Made by a program: the position numbers and the translations under genes. From Camelus dromedarius (taxonomy: Eukaryota), in contig NC_087437.1 in NCBI RefSeq assembly GCF_036321535.1, forward strand, positions 23,128,001 to 23,192,000: a DNA stretch of 64,000 bases. Reading direction: 5' to 3'. The notes under the pieces are model-generated. The model saw only the letters and a program-made list of their open reading frames with translations, made no database searches and had not been told where the DNA came from. This document shows positions 1 to 12,060 of this stretch, one piece after another (position 1 is the stretch's first letter; every line of letters starts with the position of its first letter).

Positions 1-600
1 GGAAAATATTTACAACATACTTAACAGACAACAAGTTGGTACCCAGAATATCCAAACTGTTTCTATAAATTAGTGAAAACAAAATACAAAAAACACAGTT
101 AAAAAAAAAGTCTCCAAACATGAATCTCAGTTTCCTGAGGTATCTTTCAATGAAAATGTGCTAACTTGTATTGTCAATCAGGACGCAATTAAATTACCAA
201 CTGAGATGTTTTTACACATTAGATTAGCATATGCTGTTGAACTGAGAATGAAGGTCAAGCAGGTGACTCACACACTCTGGTTGGGGTGTACAGGGAAGAA
301 TCTGCTGGGAAAGCAATCTCATGGTGTCTCTCCAAAGGTAAAAAAGAGTACTGTTGACCTAGCAAGTCCACTACTAAAATTCCACCTTAAAGGTATATTT
401 TTAAAAGATTGCATCTTATCTTTAATAATAAAAATTTGAAACTGGCCCGCAGAACTGTTGATAGGGGACATGTTAAATAAATAGTGCTTAACTGTATTAT
501 GCCGCCAACTAAAAGATAGGATAAAGTTATATTTCTTTACATGGAAATCTCTGCAAGTCCCATTCTTAAGGGGAAAAAATAAACTCTATTTTAACATATA
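1..600 (+). mobile_element. Old L1M (L1ME-like) ORF2 3' end / 3'UTR fragment
   Basis: Degenerate match to the L1 ORF2 C-terminal region (ggaaaatatttacaacatac...acccagaatatcc...gacctagcaagtccactac); no intact ORF. Confidence 0.7.
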
Positions 601-1699
601 TACTTTCCCATCATTCATGTAGGAAAAAAACTTTACAAAGAGGTATATGGATGAGCATGTGTGCATTATTGTATAAATTAATAGGAGGCTTGTCAAGGTT
701 AGAGGTTGCTGCTATCTGTGGAGATACAGTAAATGAAGGGTTTGAGGTTTTGGACTGTATGTTTTTATGCCTGAATTGTTACATTGACAAAAATATTTAT
801 AAATTACTTATGTAGTTAGAACAAAGGGAAGAGAAAACAGAAAATAAACTATATAATATGTAAGGTGCTGTGCTGTGCATTGCCTGTGTTTTGAAATGCT
901 TTGTTTAAAACAATTTATAATTGTTCAAATATTTTGATCTGGCAGTGTTGAGTTGGGATCACTGAAAGCATCACGAGTTATTACTAACACTGTCGGCTCC
1001 CTGCCTGCCATTATTTATAGCCTGACTAGAAAATAGTTTGTCTCTAAAGAAATTCTGTCTGTTCCCTCCTCTTGGGACTCTTTACTAGGTAATGCAGACA
1101 TTCACACTGGGATATGTGATAAATACAATATTGTATAGCTAGTTCCTGACAGTGCCTGTGTTACTACAGGGAAAATTCAGAGCCAGATTTGAACGTGTAG
1201 GTTTTCTTTTTCCATCAGTGTGAAACAGAGAACTGAATATGGCATGCTCATATATAATAACTCTTTACAATATAGACAGCCCGTCTCATAGGATTTGAAA
1301 CACTTTGCATGTCAATGTTTTGCTTCTTTAGTGTCAGTCACTGAATAGTTCAGGCTTCCATCTGATGGGAAGATTTCACTATTAATCTCTACCACCTCCT
1401 TACTCTGCTCAGAGATGTTCCAGCATCAATCAGTCATTACGTCTCCTTATTTTCTTGAAGGATGGTGTCATTAAACAACTTGCCTTAGGCCACAGAAGAT
1501 ATCAGTGGTAAAACCTAGACTGAAATACCAATTCTTAGTTCAGTGCTTGTATCAGCAAGTCTTGCTACCTTAAAGAAACCTTTTTGCTTTTGCCAATCTA
1601 AGTTCAGATTTGTTACTGACTGAAAGTCTGATACATCTGGCAACTCCATAGAAAGTTCTTAACTGCCTGTTAATAAAGATTATTGAAGATTGAGAGGGT

Positions 1700-2152
1700 T
1701 CTTTCCATTCAAGAAGTCAAAGGAAATGGGAACTGAACTCTGAATATTGAACTGAAGAATGGTAGTTATTGGGGCTGTTCCAGATATCCAGCTCTCTCTC
1801 TTCTGAGCACGTGGAAGGGTTGCATGCCTGCACCAATTGCAGCTGTGTGTAACCACATGGCTTGCTTTAGCTTTAAGATGTGAAGAAAGCAATGCCTGCC
1901 CTTCCAGGGGGTGGCTGTCAGAGCCAGTGTGTGCCTGGCTATTTCTTTTACCCATTAGAGTGATGGGCACTGTTCCAGATAGTGACTGCTCCATCCACCT
2001 AGATCCTAAAGTGAAAACAGCATAAGTCAGAGCCACATGTGTGATAACATGTGACATAAGTGAGGAAAACCAGCAGAAACCAATGTTTTAAGCCACTGGA
2101 ATTTGGGGATCGTTTATAATTGCACATGCTCTAGCCCACTGTGACTAAAGAC
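1700..2152 (+). mobile_element. MaLR LTR (MLT1 group) remnant
   Basis: 3' end tgttttaagccactggaatttgggg...tgtgactaaagaca resembles the MLT1 LTR terminus; 5' boundary uncertain. Confidence 0.6.
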
Positions 2153-2179
2153 ATTTTCCAAATAACATAATTTTCCCCT

Positions 2180-2493
2180 AGACCAGATTCTCAAACTTTC
2201 ATAACAGACATGCTGAGCTAAAAAAATATATCACTGCCATTAATAATTTTTGGCTTATGCTTTGGTGTAATAGAATGTTGGTGTTTTAAAAATGTGTGTG
2301 TTTTACCATCTCTTATCTAAGGTGAGACTTTGCATTTCAATTTCCTGGTTCTGTTTAAGTTCCATAGCAAGGGATTTTCATATCAAGAAATAAAATTAGT
2401 CTTTATTTTATTGGTATATATTTCTTTTAAAGGTTAAAGTTGTGACCTTTTATTTTTTATGCACTCCTAGGAAAAGCTAACTGAGAATCACTG
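2180..2493. mobile_element. Possible hAT-Charlie DNA transposon remnant
   Basis: Ends resemble Charlie-type TIRs: cagattctcaaact ... actgagaatcactg. Confidence 0.35.
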
Positions 2494-2554
2494 CAGCATC
2501 TTTATTATTCCTTACCTGGGAATACTAATTGTCCCCTGATATCATGTTTGCTAC

Positions 2555-2695
2555 TACTAATGGTAATAGCCATCACTCATTGAATGCCTGTGATCCAAGG
2601 TTAATGCTCAGTTCGGTAAATTTTATTTCATTGAAGCCTCATTGCATCTATGCAATCTACAAGACAGACCAAGGCTCCGAGAGATTAGGTAACTG
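2555..2695 (-). mobile_element. MIR SINE fragment
   Basis: Antisense MIR core-like sequence ending aaggctccgagagattaggtaact. Confidence 0.5.
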
Positions 2696-2719
2696 TAGTG
2701 TTTCGGGGATTTTAGGAAA

Positions 2720-2960
2720 AGACTCCCAGCTGAAAAACTGGAAAGGAGTATTGAGATAAGAAAGAAACCGAGAGAGTGGTGTCCTGGAATCAAATGGGAG
2801 GAAGTCATTTTAGGAAGAAGTACTCAACCGTGCCAGACAGTAGTTGGAGAGAGAAGTGATGTGTCTCTGGAGTGAGGGAGAGAACAGGTATGAGCAGAGG
2901 ACAGCAACCTCGAGCAGTGGGGTGTGACGCATTGTAAGGACACAGGATTCAGAGATGTAG
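2720..2960 (-). mobile_element. L2 LINE fragment
   Basis: aaaccgagagagtggtgtcctggaatcaaatgggagg resembles antisense L2. Confidence 0.5.
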
Positions 2961-3364
2961 GACTTTAGGGACGAGGGGGAGAGAATATCCTGGAACCAGC
3001 AACAAGGGCCAAAAAAACCTTCACCTCCTCCAAACACTGGAACCAAGGATGAGGCGAAAGAATAGACTTCACTGTTGTGGAAACTACAGCGGATGTAGTG
3101 TCTTCGGAAGGGATTCAGGGTTAGATTAGAGGCAGAAGATGAGGGACACATTGAGAGATGAGGTTTAGACAGACACACCCAGGAGCAGAGAGGGCTGGGG
3201 AAGGCCTGTGCAGCTCAGATCACACTGGGCTTCCTCCTGGTCGCTGGAGGTGGGAAGTGGGAGGTAGGTCTTGGCATGTGTTTCTAGCACGTGGGACTCA
3301 CTCGGGACCTCCATTAGTGGGCAAGCCTCACACTGGAGCATCATTGAGAGGGAAACCCAGATGA

Positions 3365-4000
3365 CTAAGTATGTAAAGAAATGTTTGGCTTCACTTTAAC
3401 ATCAGATTCCAGAGAAATTAAATCGTAACAATGAGTTCTTCTTTGTCTCATTAGATTTGCAAAAATTAGAGGTTGGATGGTATCAGCTGTTTGAGAAAAT
3501 GAGAAGAAATGGGACATCTTGTGCCCAATGGTCAGAAGACAAGTTGTTGCCCTCATCCTTAAAAGCAATCTGACAATAATTAGAAAAGCTAATATGCTTG
3601 TATCCCACCCTAGCAATCCCGTTCCAGACTCTATCTCTCAGGGAAGAAATTTCACTGGTCCATAAGGGCCGTCTAGGAAGATACTCACTATAGCATTGCT
3701 TATCGGAGCAAAAGTTAACATAAACATAGTCACTAGGGATGTGGATAAGAAAAATGTAGTGTATGTACATGATGGAACTGATGTGGCTATATCAGAAGAA
3801 ACAAAGATGAATTAGACACAGAACATGGACAACATAGTATTGAGTTTAAAAAAAAAGGACTGTGTTAACATTTATAGTACAGTTTAAGTCGTGGAAATTA
3901 AGTGTCACACACAAGAAAACTATGTATTTCTGGACATGCATATACAATAAGGACATTTATTAAAAATACTACAGTGAGTGACCATGGTGGAGAATGGGGT
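3365..4000 (+). mobile_element. Old L1M ORF2 3' end / 3'UTR fragment
   Basis: cattagatttgcaaaaatt...ctagcaatcccgttcc...ggataagaaaaatgtagtgtatgtacatgatggaact, typical of L1 3' ends. Confidence 0.7.
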
Positions 4001-5379
4001 TGGAGATGGGGAAACATACTAAAATAAAGTAGAAGAGGAGTTGGCAAAGATGGTAGCAGGCCAGAAGGGAAAGAATCTGATTAACTTGACTTTGCACATC
4101 TGAAGTTTAAAAGAAAAAAAGATCATTCCTTTATGATCCACTTCTTGGGTCATAAATTGGATTAAACTACATTTGGCATTTTATTGGCCTTTATGCAAAG
4201 ATAAAGATGTAATCAAGTGCTGTGGTGATTTCAGACACTGTATACATGTTAACTTAGTGGATGTGAATAAAGAACAAAGAAAAAAGATGAACCAGTTGAA
4301 CCTAAATGTTTCTTGTTACCTCCCTACTTCTCTCTAAGATATTTTTGTAGTGAGTTTATATCATCATCAAAAAAGCATAAGCTGGTGAGCAACTCAAGAA
4401 TGAGGACAATGTTACTATCGAGTCTCCAATACTGTGCTAACCAAGGTAAAGACAATGTTTGCTGAACCAAAGTGGATTTTACACACTGAGGAAATAATAG
4501 TCAACAGTAATATTTTAAAATGGCAGAGAATTAAATCCTTTCTAAGTTGTGACATATTTGGTTGGTGGCGGCCAAGATAGCAGGAATCAGTCACTGAGTT
4601 GTAGGGTTACTGGCTTCTTGTGCAAGATGACTGTATCCCATGGAGCTCATAATTCTAGCTAATGTCCCTGCAATGAAAACTACTGCAAAACTTGAATAGG
4701 TCCTGTTTAATAATTTACTATTTAATTTATGAATTATGAAAATTGAAATGTACTTCCAGTTGGTGGATTTGGAAGCCATGTTTGTCTGGATTGCCAAACC
4801 CAGAACATTTTTAGATAATACATTTTAGGTACAATGACATGTCACCACACATTTCTTGATTTCTTTTATGAATAAGACTGCAGTATGTGCTGTTGTAAAC
4901 ATCCAAAAATATCTTTTATGGCATTGAATCTTATTCTTATGTGTAAATCTTACATTGGCTGTGGTCTAAAAGTCACACACTGCTGACCCTTCCTGGGGAC
5001 TCATTGTGTATCCTCACCTGCAGAGAAAGCCACAGCCCTGGGAGGGGTCTGGGGAAAGGCTAGGAAGCCAGATAAGACCAGATACGCACCAGATTGGAGC
5101 ACATTGGAAGGCCAGAAAGGCTGAAATCACTCTTCTATTTGAGAGAGACCTCTCTCTATCTTAAGCAGAGATTAGGTAAACTGAAAAAAACCATGATTGC
5201 CCTTGGCTAGAAAAGCAGAAATTTGGCCCAGCTGGTCGCTAAGCCTAAATAGTGCTTGGGGCAAAGTCATTCCATAGGGTCAAGATTTCAGTTGACACTA
5301 GAAATAAAAATTAGGCTACCTTACCTATAGACTGTAATGTTTCACAGTTTGAACACTTTATACTTAATATGCCATTATC

Positions 5380-6500
5380 TTATTATTGGACTTTAGAGTA
5401 TTTCCATTATGTACATTGCTGCAATAATTATTTTCAATACATTTTTCTTTAGATCTCTTAATAATGTACTTGGGTAGATTTCTTTGAGTGGAATCTACTG
5501 ATTTCAATAGTAGAAACCCTTAACAGTTCTATGTGTATATTATCAAATTATTTTCAAGAAAAAAATAACAATTTATCTTTTCCTAGTAGTTTATAAGATT
5601 AATAATTTATTAATTATTAATAATCAGCTTAATAATTTCAGCAACTTGTATCTTTTCTGGAACTTATGTCAGTTTGTCAAAATGTTAATAACAAATTCTT
5701 TTTATATTTTTTGAAATATGTGCAGTTGACTAATATTTATATGCTGTTAGGGATATATATTTCTTCAAGTGTTTGTCTTATGTGTATTTTTTGCTTTTAT
5801 TTTAATATTGTTTTGCCATTTTATAGTGGTGTGTCTGCATTTTTATTATTGTTATCTGCATTATTAATCATTTAAAATACCAATATATCATCTTTGGCAA
5901 ATAGTTATCCCTTTGTGTGTCCTTTATTTTATTTATGATAGCTCTGGGGATACATTTATTTTATCAGATTTTTGAAATCACAAAAGTAATACATGTACCT
6001 ATTACAAGTCAAATAATACAGAGATCTCTGCCCGTGGCCCACATACGCCCAAGTCATTAATTCAAAGATGACCAGTGTTAACAGTTAGCTTAATGTATAA
6101 TCTTCTACATATTTTCTATGTTTATATGAGCATATATACACATATGTAGCTGTTTTTAAAAGTCTTTTTTTCTTAAATAAAAAGTAATTATAATGTAATA
6201 ATGAAATTAATTCATGCTTATTTTAGAAAACTTAGTAAGGTTAAAAAAAATACTGTACTACCCAGAAATAATTCTTGTTAAAATTGCTGTATTTTATCTC
6301 ACTGATCATTAACTTTTTATATTCTAGAAAAGTCTAAAAATTCTATAATTATACAAATGATAGTAACTCTTTAAAACTGAATTCTATGAAGGCCTAAAAC
6401 GCCATTCCTTTTTCATTATCTACAATGTCATTTTAATGGTTATTTTATATCTAGTACATATATTTCTAAAGTAGTCCCCTACTGTTAGACATTTTATTGA
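5380..6500 (-). mobile_element. Cluster of highly decayed L1ME fragments
   Basis: T-rich antisense L1-like motifs (gtagatttctttgagtggaatc; ctttggcaaatagttatccc; accagtgttaacagtt; gtcccctactgttagacatt). Confidence 0.5.
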
Positions 6501-6969
6501 TCTAAGAATAATATTAAGCCACAAAGGAAATAGAAGCATTTGTGTCTGATTACTGCTTTTAATAGGAAGATGTCTAGTCTACATCGACAGTGAGAATAAT
6601 GAAATAACTGCATTATTTGGTTTGTTATTGACTAGTGGTTTTGATTTTTTTATCATGCTCCCTAATTACTTCCTATTTCTGTTTTCCTAGTTTTTGATGT
6701 CTAGCTTGTTAAACAAAAGGTTTAGTGAAGGATTTTTAAAATGCTGTTTCTGTATCAGTTGAGTTGATCAGTTTTATTTTTTTAAATGATCTGCTGTCTC
6801 TAATACATTTTCCAATTTTAAACCCACTTGTTTTTGAAAGTCTTATTAAGTTCAAATTCTTTTACCAGAGCACATCATCTGAAGAATTTAAAGTCCCACT
6901 ATATCCCATTAAAAGTCGAAATATTAACTACTGGGATAAAACAGTGAGTACAGATAGTTGAACTCACAT

Positions 6970-7231
6970 TTACCATGAACTGGTGAGGCCCGGCTGTGCT
7001 CGTGTGGGACTCCCTCCCTGTGCTGCAGTCTGGAAAGTGCTATCAGGCAACAACTAGAGTGACTGTAGGGCCATCTCATTTGTTTTCCTTCTCGCAGGGA
7101 TCCCAGTCCTGCCTTGTGTGTCGTCCAGTATCTACAGAGTTATTTTGTATATTTTATCCAGTTTTTTTCATTGTTTTTGGTGGGAAAGCGAGTGGGTTCA
7201 AATTACTACATTATGGCCAAAAGTGGAAATC
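6970..7231 (-). mobile_element. Old L1M 5'-end fragment
   Basis: ctgtgctgcagtctggaaa...ctcatttgttttccttctcgcagggatcccagtcctg...ggccaaaagtggaaatc resembles the antisense 5' end of old L1M families. Confidence 0.6.
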
Positions 7232-8619
7232 TAACAGATGGAATCTTAACGCATAATGCAGACAACAAGTTATGTCTCAGTAGTACTCCTTTTGTTCCCT
7301 TTTAGTGGTTATCTATCCCATATGGACAGTTGTTAGGAGAGCTAGGGGCATGTTCTAGTATATACTGCACAAAGAAAAACTTCTCATAGCTCTAGATTGA
7401 TCATTTTAAACAGAAAGGATCTTAAGATATAGACTATTAGCAAGTCATTACATGAAAGAACAACTCTGAGTCCATTAAATATAAATTGAAATAATCTGGA
7501 CACTCATCAATGTTTAAATAATCAAGATTAATCCAACTGACAGCTTGGGTTTGTGTAGTTACATAAAGGTACATTTTTCCAGCTGGCTTACAACAATGGG
7601 GTCTTTAGGGCAGTGTTATTCTTACTATTTAATATTTAAGAGGCTTAACACTGAGTTTCTTCAGTGGATGAGAATAACTAATCATAAAACAAAACAAAGT
7701 TGTTTAGGCTTTAAAAAATAAAACTTTCACAGTGAAATTCTTTTCTTCCTGTTAGAAGATACAAATGATAGCATCTTTACTGAGATCCTATCCAAGGCCA
7801 ATTGTAAGGAAAACAGTTGTTCTTAGGCTGGCTGGCATCCCTGCTGTGGTGAGTGAGACTACTTGTTTATGATGAGAACAAATGTGACTGTTGACAAAAA
7901 TGACAAATCTTGACTAATAACTAAAGCAAGGAGGTTTAGTTTTAACTGACAAACCAGAATATTTACACTGCAGTTTCTTGTGAGAGTTGTAATCATGAAA
8001 TGACAATAATATAGCCTCAGCCAGCATTACCTAAGGAATCTGGTATTTGAGAGAGTCTAATAGACACATTCATTGTTTCACTGTTCAAAATTATCCCCCA
8101 TCTTAATTTAGATCCTGAGAATGTCAGGCTCCAGACTACCTTGTCTTCCCTTCTCTCCCCAGTGCTTTCATTGCATTCTGTATAGCATGCTGTTTTTACA
8201 AAGGGTGGTCTGAATGGAATTTTTGTAATCACATAATGTTATAATCACATAATTGAAGTGATGTGTTACTTGCTGTGTTTTCTACAAGGTTTCATGTCAT
8301 AAACTCCTTGAGTTTCATTCCAGGAAGTGGCTCAGACTACAGAGACAGTTGTGCGTACTTTTTGTTTGTCTGATAATGAAAAGAATGTAGTTCAACATGT
8401 TTCCTTTGGTGTTTCAGCTGGTAGAAAATGCGGAGCTCCGTTCTGCTCAGCCTGAACTGGGATGATTTCTCCTTGCTTCAAGCAAGGGATGAGATCTCCG
8501 TGCGTACGATTGAAACTCTTTTGTTCCTAATTGGTCCATTTTATATGATGTTTGCCTTGCAAGGCAATTTAAATGCTTTCAGAAGAATGCTTTCAGAACA
8601 ACCTAAATTAAAAAGTAAA

Positions 8620-8868
8620 CGTCGTTCTCTAGTTTCTAGTTCTGGCCTTTTCTTTTTCACCTAGAGAAGTTCCTTTAACATTTGTTGTAAAGCTGATTTG
8701 GTGGAGCTGAACTCTTGGCTTTTGCTTGTTTGTAAAGCTTTTGATCGCTCCATCAAATCTGAACGAGAGCCTTGCTGGGTAGAGTATTCTTGGTTGTAGG
8801 TTTCTCCCTTTCATCACGTTAAATATTTCGTGCTGCTCCCTCCTTTCTGTCCTGCAGAGTTTCTGCTG
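8620..8868 (-). mobile_element. L1 ORF1 C-terminus plus start of inter-ORF region (inverted segment of a 5'-inverted L1)
   Basis: Minus-strand translation MKGRNLQPRILYPARLSFRFDGAIKSFTNKQK is the L1 ORF1p C-terminal motif, frameshifted before the ORF1 stop. Confidence 0.9.
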
Positions 8869-9626
8869 TCATCAAAAAGAGCACAAAGAATAAAGGTTAG
8901 TGAGGATGTAGAGAAAAGGGAACCCTCATACACTGTTGGTGGGAATGTAAATTGGTGCAACCACCATGGAAAACAGTATGGAGGTTTCGCAAAAAACTAA
9001 AAATAGAACTACCATATGATGCAGCAATTCCACTCCTATGTAATATCTGAAAAAAAAAAACTTGAATTTGAAAATATACATGTACCCCAATGTTCATAGG
9101 AGCATTATTTGCAATTGCCAAGCTATGGAAGCAACTTGTGTCCATCAACAGATGAGTGGATAAAGAAGATGCGGTACACACACAAACACACACGCGCGCG
9201 CGTGCGCGCAATGGAATACTACTCAACCATAAAAAAGAATTAAATTTTGCCATTTGTGGCAATGTGGTTGGACCTGGAGGGCATTATGCTAAGTGAAATA
9301 AATCAGACAGAATGACAAATCCTGTATGATATCGCCTATATGTGGAACCTAAAAAATATAACAAACTAGTGAATATAACAGAAAGAAGCAGACACACAGA
9401 TACAGAGAACAAACTAGTGATACCAGTGGAGTGAGGGAGTGAGAGGTACAGACTATTAGTATAAAATGAGCTACCCAGATATATTGTACAACATGGGGAA
9501 TATAGCCAATATTTTTTTAAAAAACTATAAATGGAGTATAACTTTTAAAAATTGTGAATCACTGTATTGTACAACTGTAACTTATATAATATTGTACATC
9601 TACTATAATTCAATAAAAAATAAATT
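8865..9626 (+). mobile_element. Cetartiodactyl-type L1 ORF2 C-terminus, 3'UTR and A-rich tail
   Basis: gaggatgtagagaaaagggaaccctcatacactgttggtgggaatgtaaattggtgcaacc...; tail caataaaaaataaa; candidate TSD ttaaaaagt at 8608-8616 and 9627-9635. Confidence 0.92.
9176..9210. repeat. (CA)n-(CG)n compound microsatellite inside L1
   Basis: acacacacaaacacacacgcgcgcgcgtgcgcgca. Confidence 0.9.
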
Positions 9627-11799
9627 TTAAAAAGTGACTGTAAGAAGAGAGAGGATTCTAGAGTAGATGATCTGGACTGAACACAAGCTGCTAACAAGAG
9701 AAAATGCTCAGAGGGAGAAAGTGGTTTTAGGACTAACAGTGCATTCAGGAATGCCACACTTAGCAACAACCATGAGGCTTTTAAGGGCTGAGTGGGGACC
9801 TTGGGATTTGGCCACTTTACTGCATCAGTGGATCGATGAAAAGGTAACCAGGTTTCAGGGGTTTGAGAAAGTAAATGTTAAGAAATAAAGTTCAGAGAAC
9901 TAGATTGTCTATTTCATTCATGTAAAACATGAAATGTGCAAAAAATGTGAAACTCTATAGCTGGGTCATTTGCAAACTAAAGCTTGGATTTAGAGAAGAG
10001 GAGAAACCTGCGATTTTGTATTTTACTTCAGTTTCTCTTTAGCCTGTACTAAATATGCTGTGTGCTCTGACATAAAAGCACTTGTTCTCTTTTAACTTAA
10101 TTTTCTTTCAAAATTTCTATATCCTAGTGATTAAGAAAATCTGTCTTTTTTGGGGGGGGGGATTTATTTTCACATGCTTTGGTGTAATTAAGAATTTTAC
10201 AGAAAATAGTAACTTGCTAGTTATCCCAGTCTTTTCATGTATGTAACTAGTTTTTGTTATCATCAGTGCATTTTTTTTTTTACTGCTTGAGTAGAGCTTG
10301 GAGGGCAGGGCAGGCAAATCATAAGAAGTTTTGCCTCAGGGAAAGTCCTGTGAAGGCAAAGACTACATGTATCAGATTTGCTTCGGTATATATCATGATG
10401 TCTGGCTCAACAAACACTTGTTGAATGAGTTGCAAATGACTCCGTGAAGGAGTAACTCCATATCAATAACCTGTGGCTCAGAGAACTTCTGACGTGTGAA
10501 GCAGGAGCATCTAAGCACCTCCAGGGGACAGGCTGCATTATTTCTTCAAAGTACCGATAGAACTTTAGAAGTGTTAGTTGCATGTTCCTCCTGCTGTTTT
10601 GGACTGGTGAACTGAGGAGTTTCTGCCTCTCACTCTGGCACAGGATTTCACTAGAGGCAGGACACACCTGGGGCTCCATCCTCTGTGTGTTTTCACTCAC
10701 GTGCTTGGAATCTCCCCAGAGTGGCTCACATTTGGGAAAGCCAAGATGACTCAACACCTACTGGGACTTAGATGAGCTGACTTCTCGCTGTTTGCTACTT
10801 GGGAACTAAGCAAATGGCTGCTGTCCTGTCTGTACATCAGGAGACCAGAGTTTCAGGATCGGCTCTGCTTCTCTCTGTAGCTGAGTGCCAATTTCACTTG
10901 CCAAATGCAAGCCACTTCAGCTTTTTGAGTGTCAGTCTGCTCTCCTACTCCAGCTGAGAGGTTGCTTTTCTGATATCTTTTCCAGCTCCAAAGTTTTATG
11001 ATTCTACTTTAGGAACCAGGTCTGCAATATTTCAGACACTCACTCATACAGGATCCACTCATTCCTTGCCAAACTGACAAACCACCTATTGTTAGTCATT
11101 CTCCTTTTGGAGAATTAGGTCAAATCAGGTCCTTGTTTGTCCTTTGTGCTTATTCCAAGGTGCAGGTTCTGAGAACATTTCTAGTGCTTCCAGTGTGAGA
11201 GCTGAGCATCTGTGCAGAAACAGGTAGTTGTGGTGAGTTCATAACTTAGTTACAGAGACAAGTGCATGCACAGCAGAATTGTCACATACTTGTTTATGAG
11301 ATCACTGTGTCTGCCGGCTGGGTACAAAATGCAGAGAGCAAGCCTGCACTTCACCACCTCTGCAAAACAGAAAGTGCTTTTGTTGTTTTGAAAGTATTCT
11401 ATGTTCTGGCATGCGACTGTAAGAGAGAAAATTTATGCACAACCAGCAATGTATCTGGCCTTAAAAAATCAACAAAAAAGAATGACTCCTCTGTTCTCTT
11501 TGATAATTCCTAACAGATAAATTGTTAGATATTTTGGAAAGAATGAAGAAAGTTTTGGTTTGTTTGCTTTGTTTTGTTTTTACTGGCTTCTAATGACATT
11601 CTTTTTGAGGTATTCGTTAGAAAGAGTAAGTTTAAACTGACAGAGCAAATTCCCACACCAACTCTAATTATTTTTATTCCATGCCTCCAATATCTAATCA
11701 CCTCCACCTGCCTCTCTCTCCATCCCTTTCCAGTCCTTCTGTCCAATGAGGATAAAAAGATGAAATTGTCCCTCTGGGCAGAGGGAATGGAAAATGCAA

Positions 11800-12060
11800 G
11801 CTTGGAATGAAGGCAGCCAGTCAGCAATAGTGACTGTGGTTGCATTAACCCAGGTAAGTAATGAGGAAGGAGTAGTTGAGAGAAATAGCACGGGAAACCC
11901 ACGAAGACTTTATCTTCTGGCTTGGAGGACTGGTAGATGTGGTAGCACCAGCTGTTGAGAGGGGACAGCAGGTTTGGGAGAGGTGGCGAGGTTCGTTAGG
12001 AAAACTTGTGGCTTTGAGCTGCCGGAATCACTTCTACTGGGGATGGCTAAGACAGTTGAA
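11800..12060 (-). mobile_element. L2 LINE fragment
   Basis: ttctggcttggaggactggtagatgtggtagcacc...gagaggggacagcaggtttgggag resembles antisense L2. Confidence 0.5.

Noticed and set aside
4591..4797. 68-aa minus-strand ORF with faint resemblance to UQCR10 (KLNSKLLNRTYSSFAVVFIAG)
   Set aside because: Similarity is limited to a few residues; the rest of the protein, a poly(A) tail and TSDs are all absent
8897..9262. 121-aa ORF, and similar ORFs at 32218-32580 and 58481-58822
   Set aside because: These are antisense translations of L1 ORF2/3'UTR, not genes
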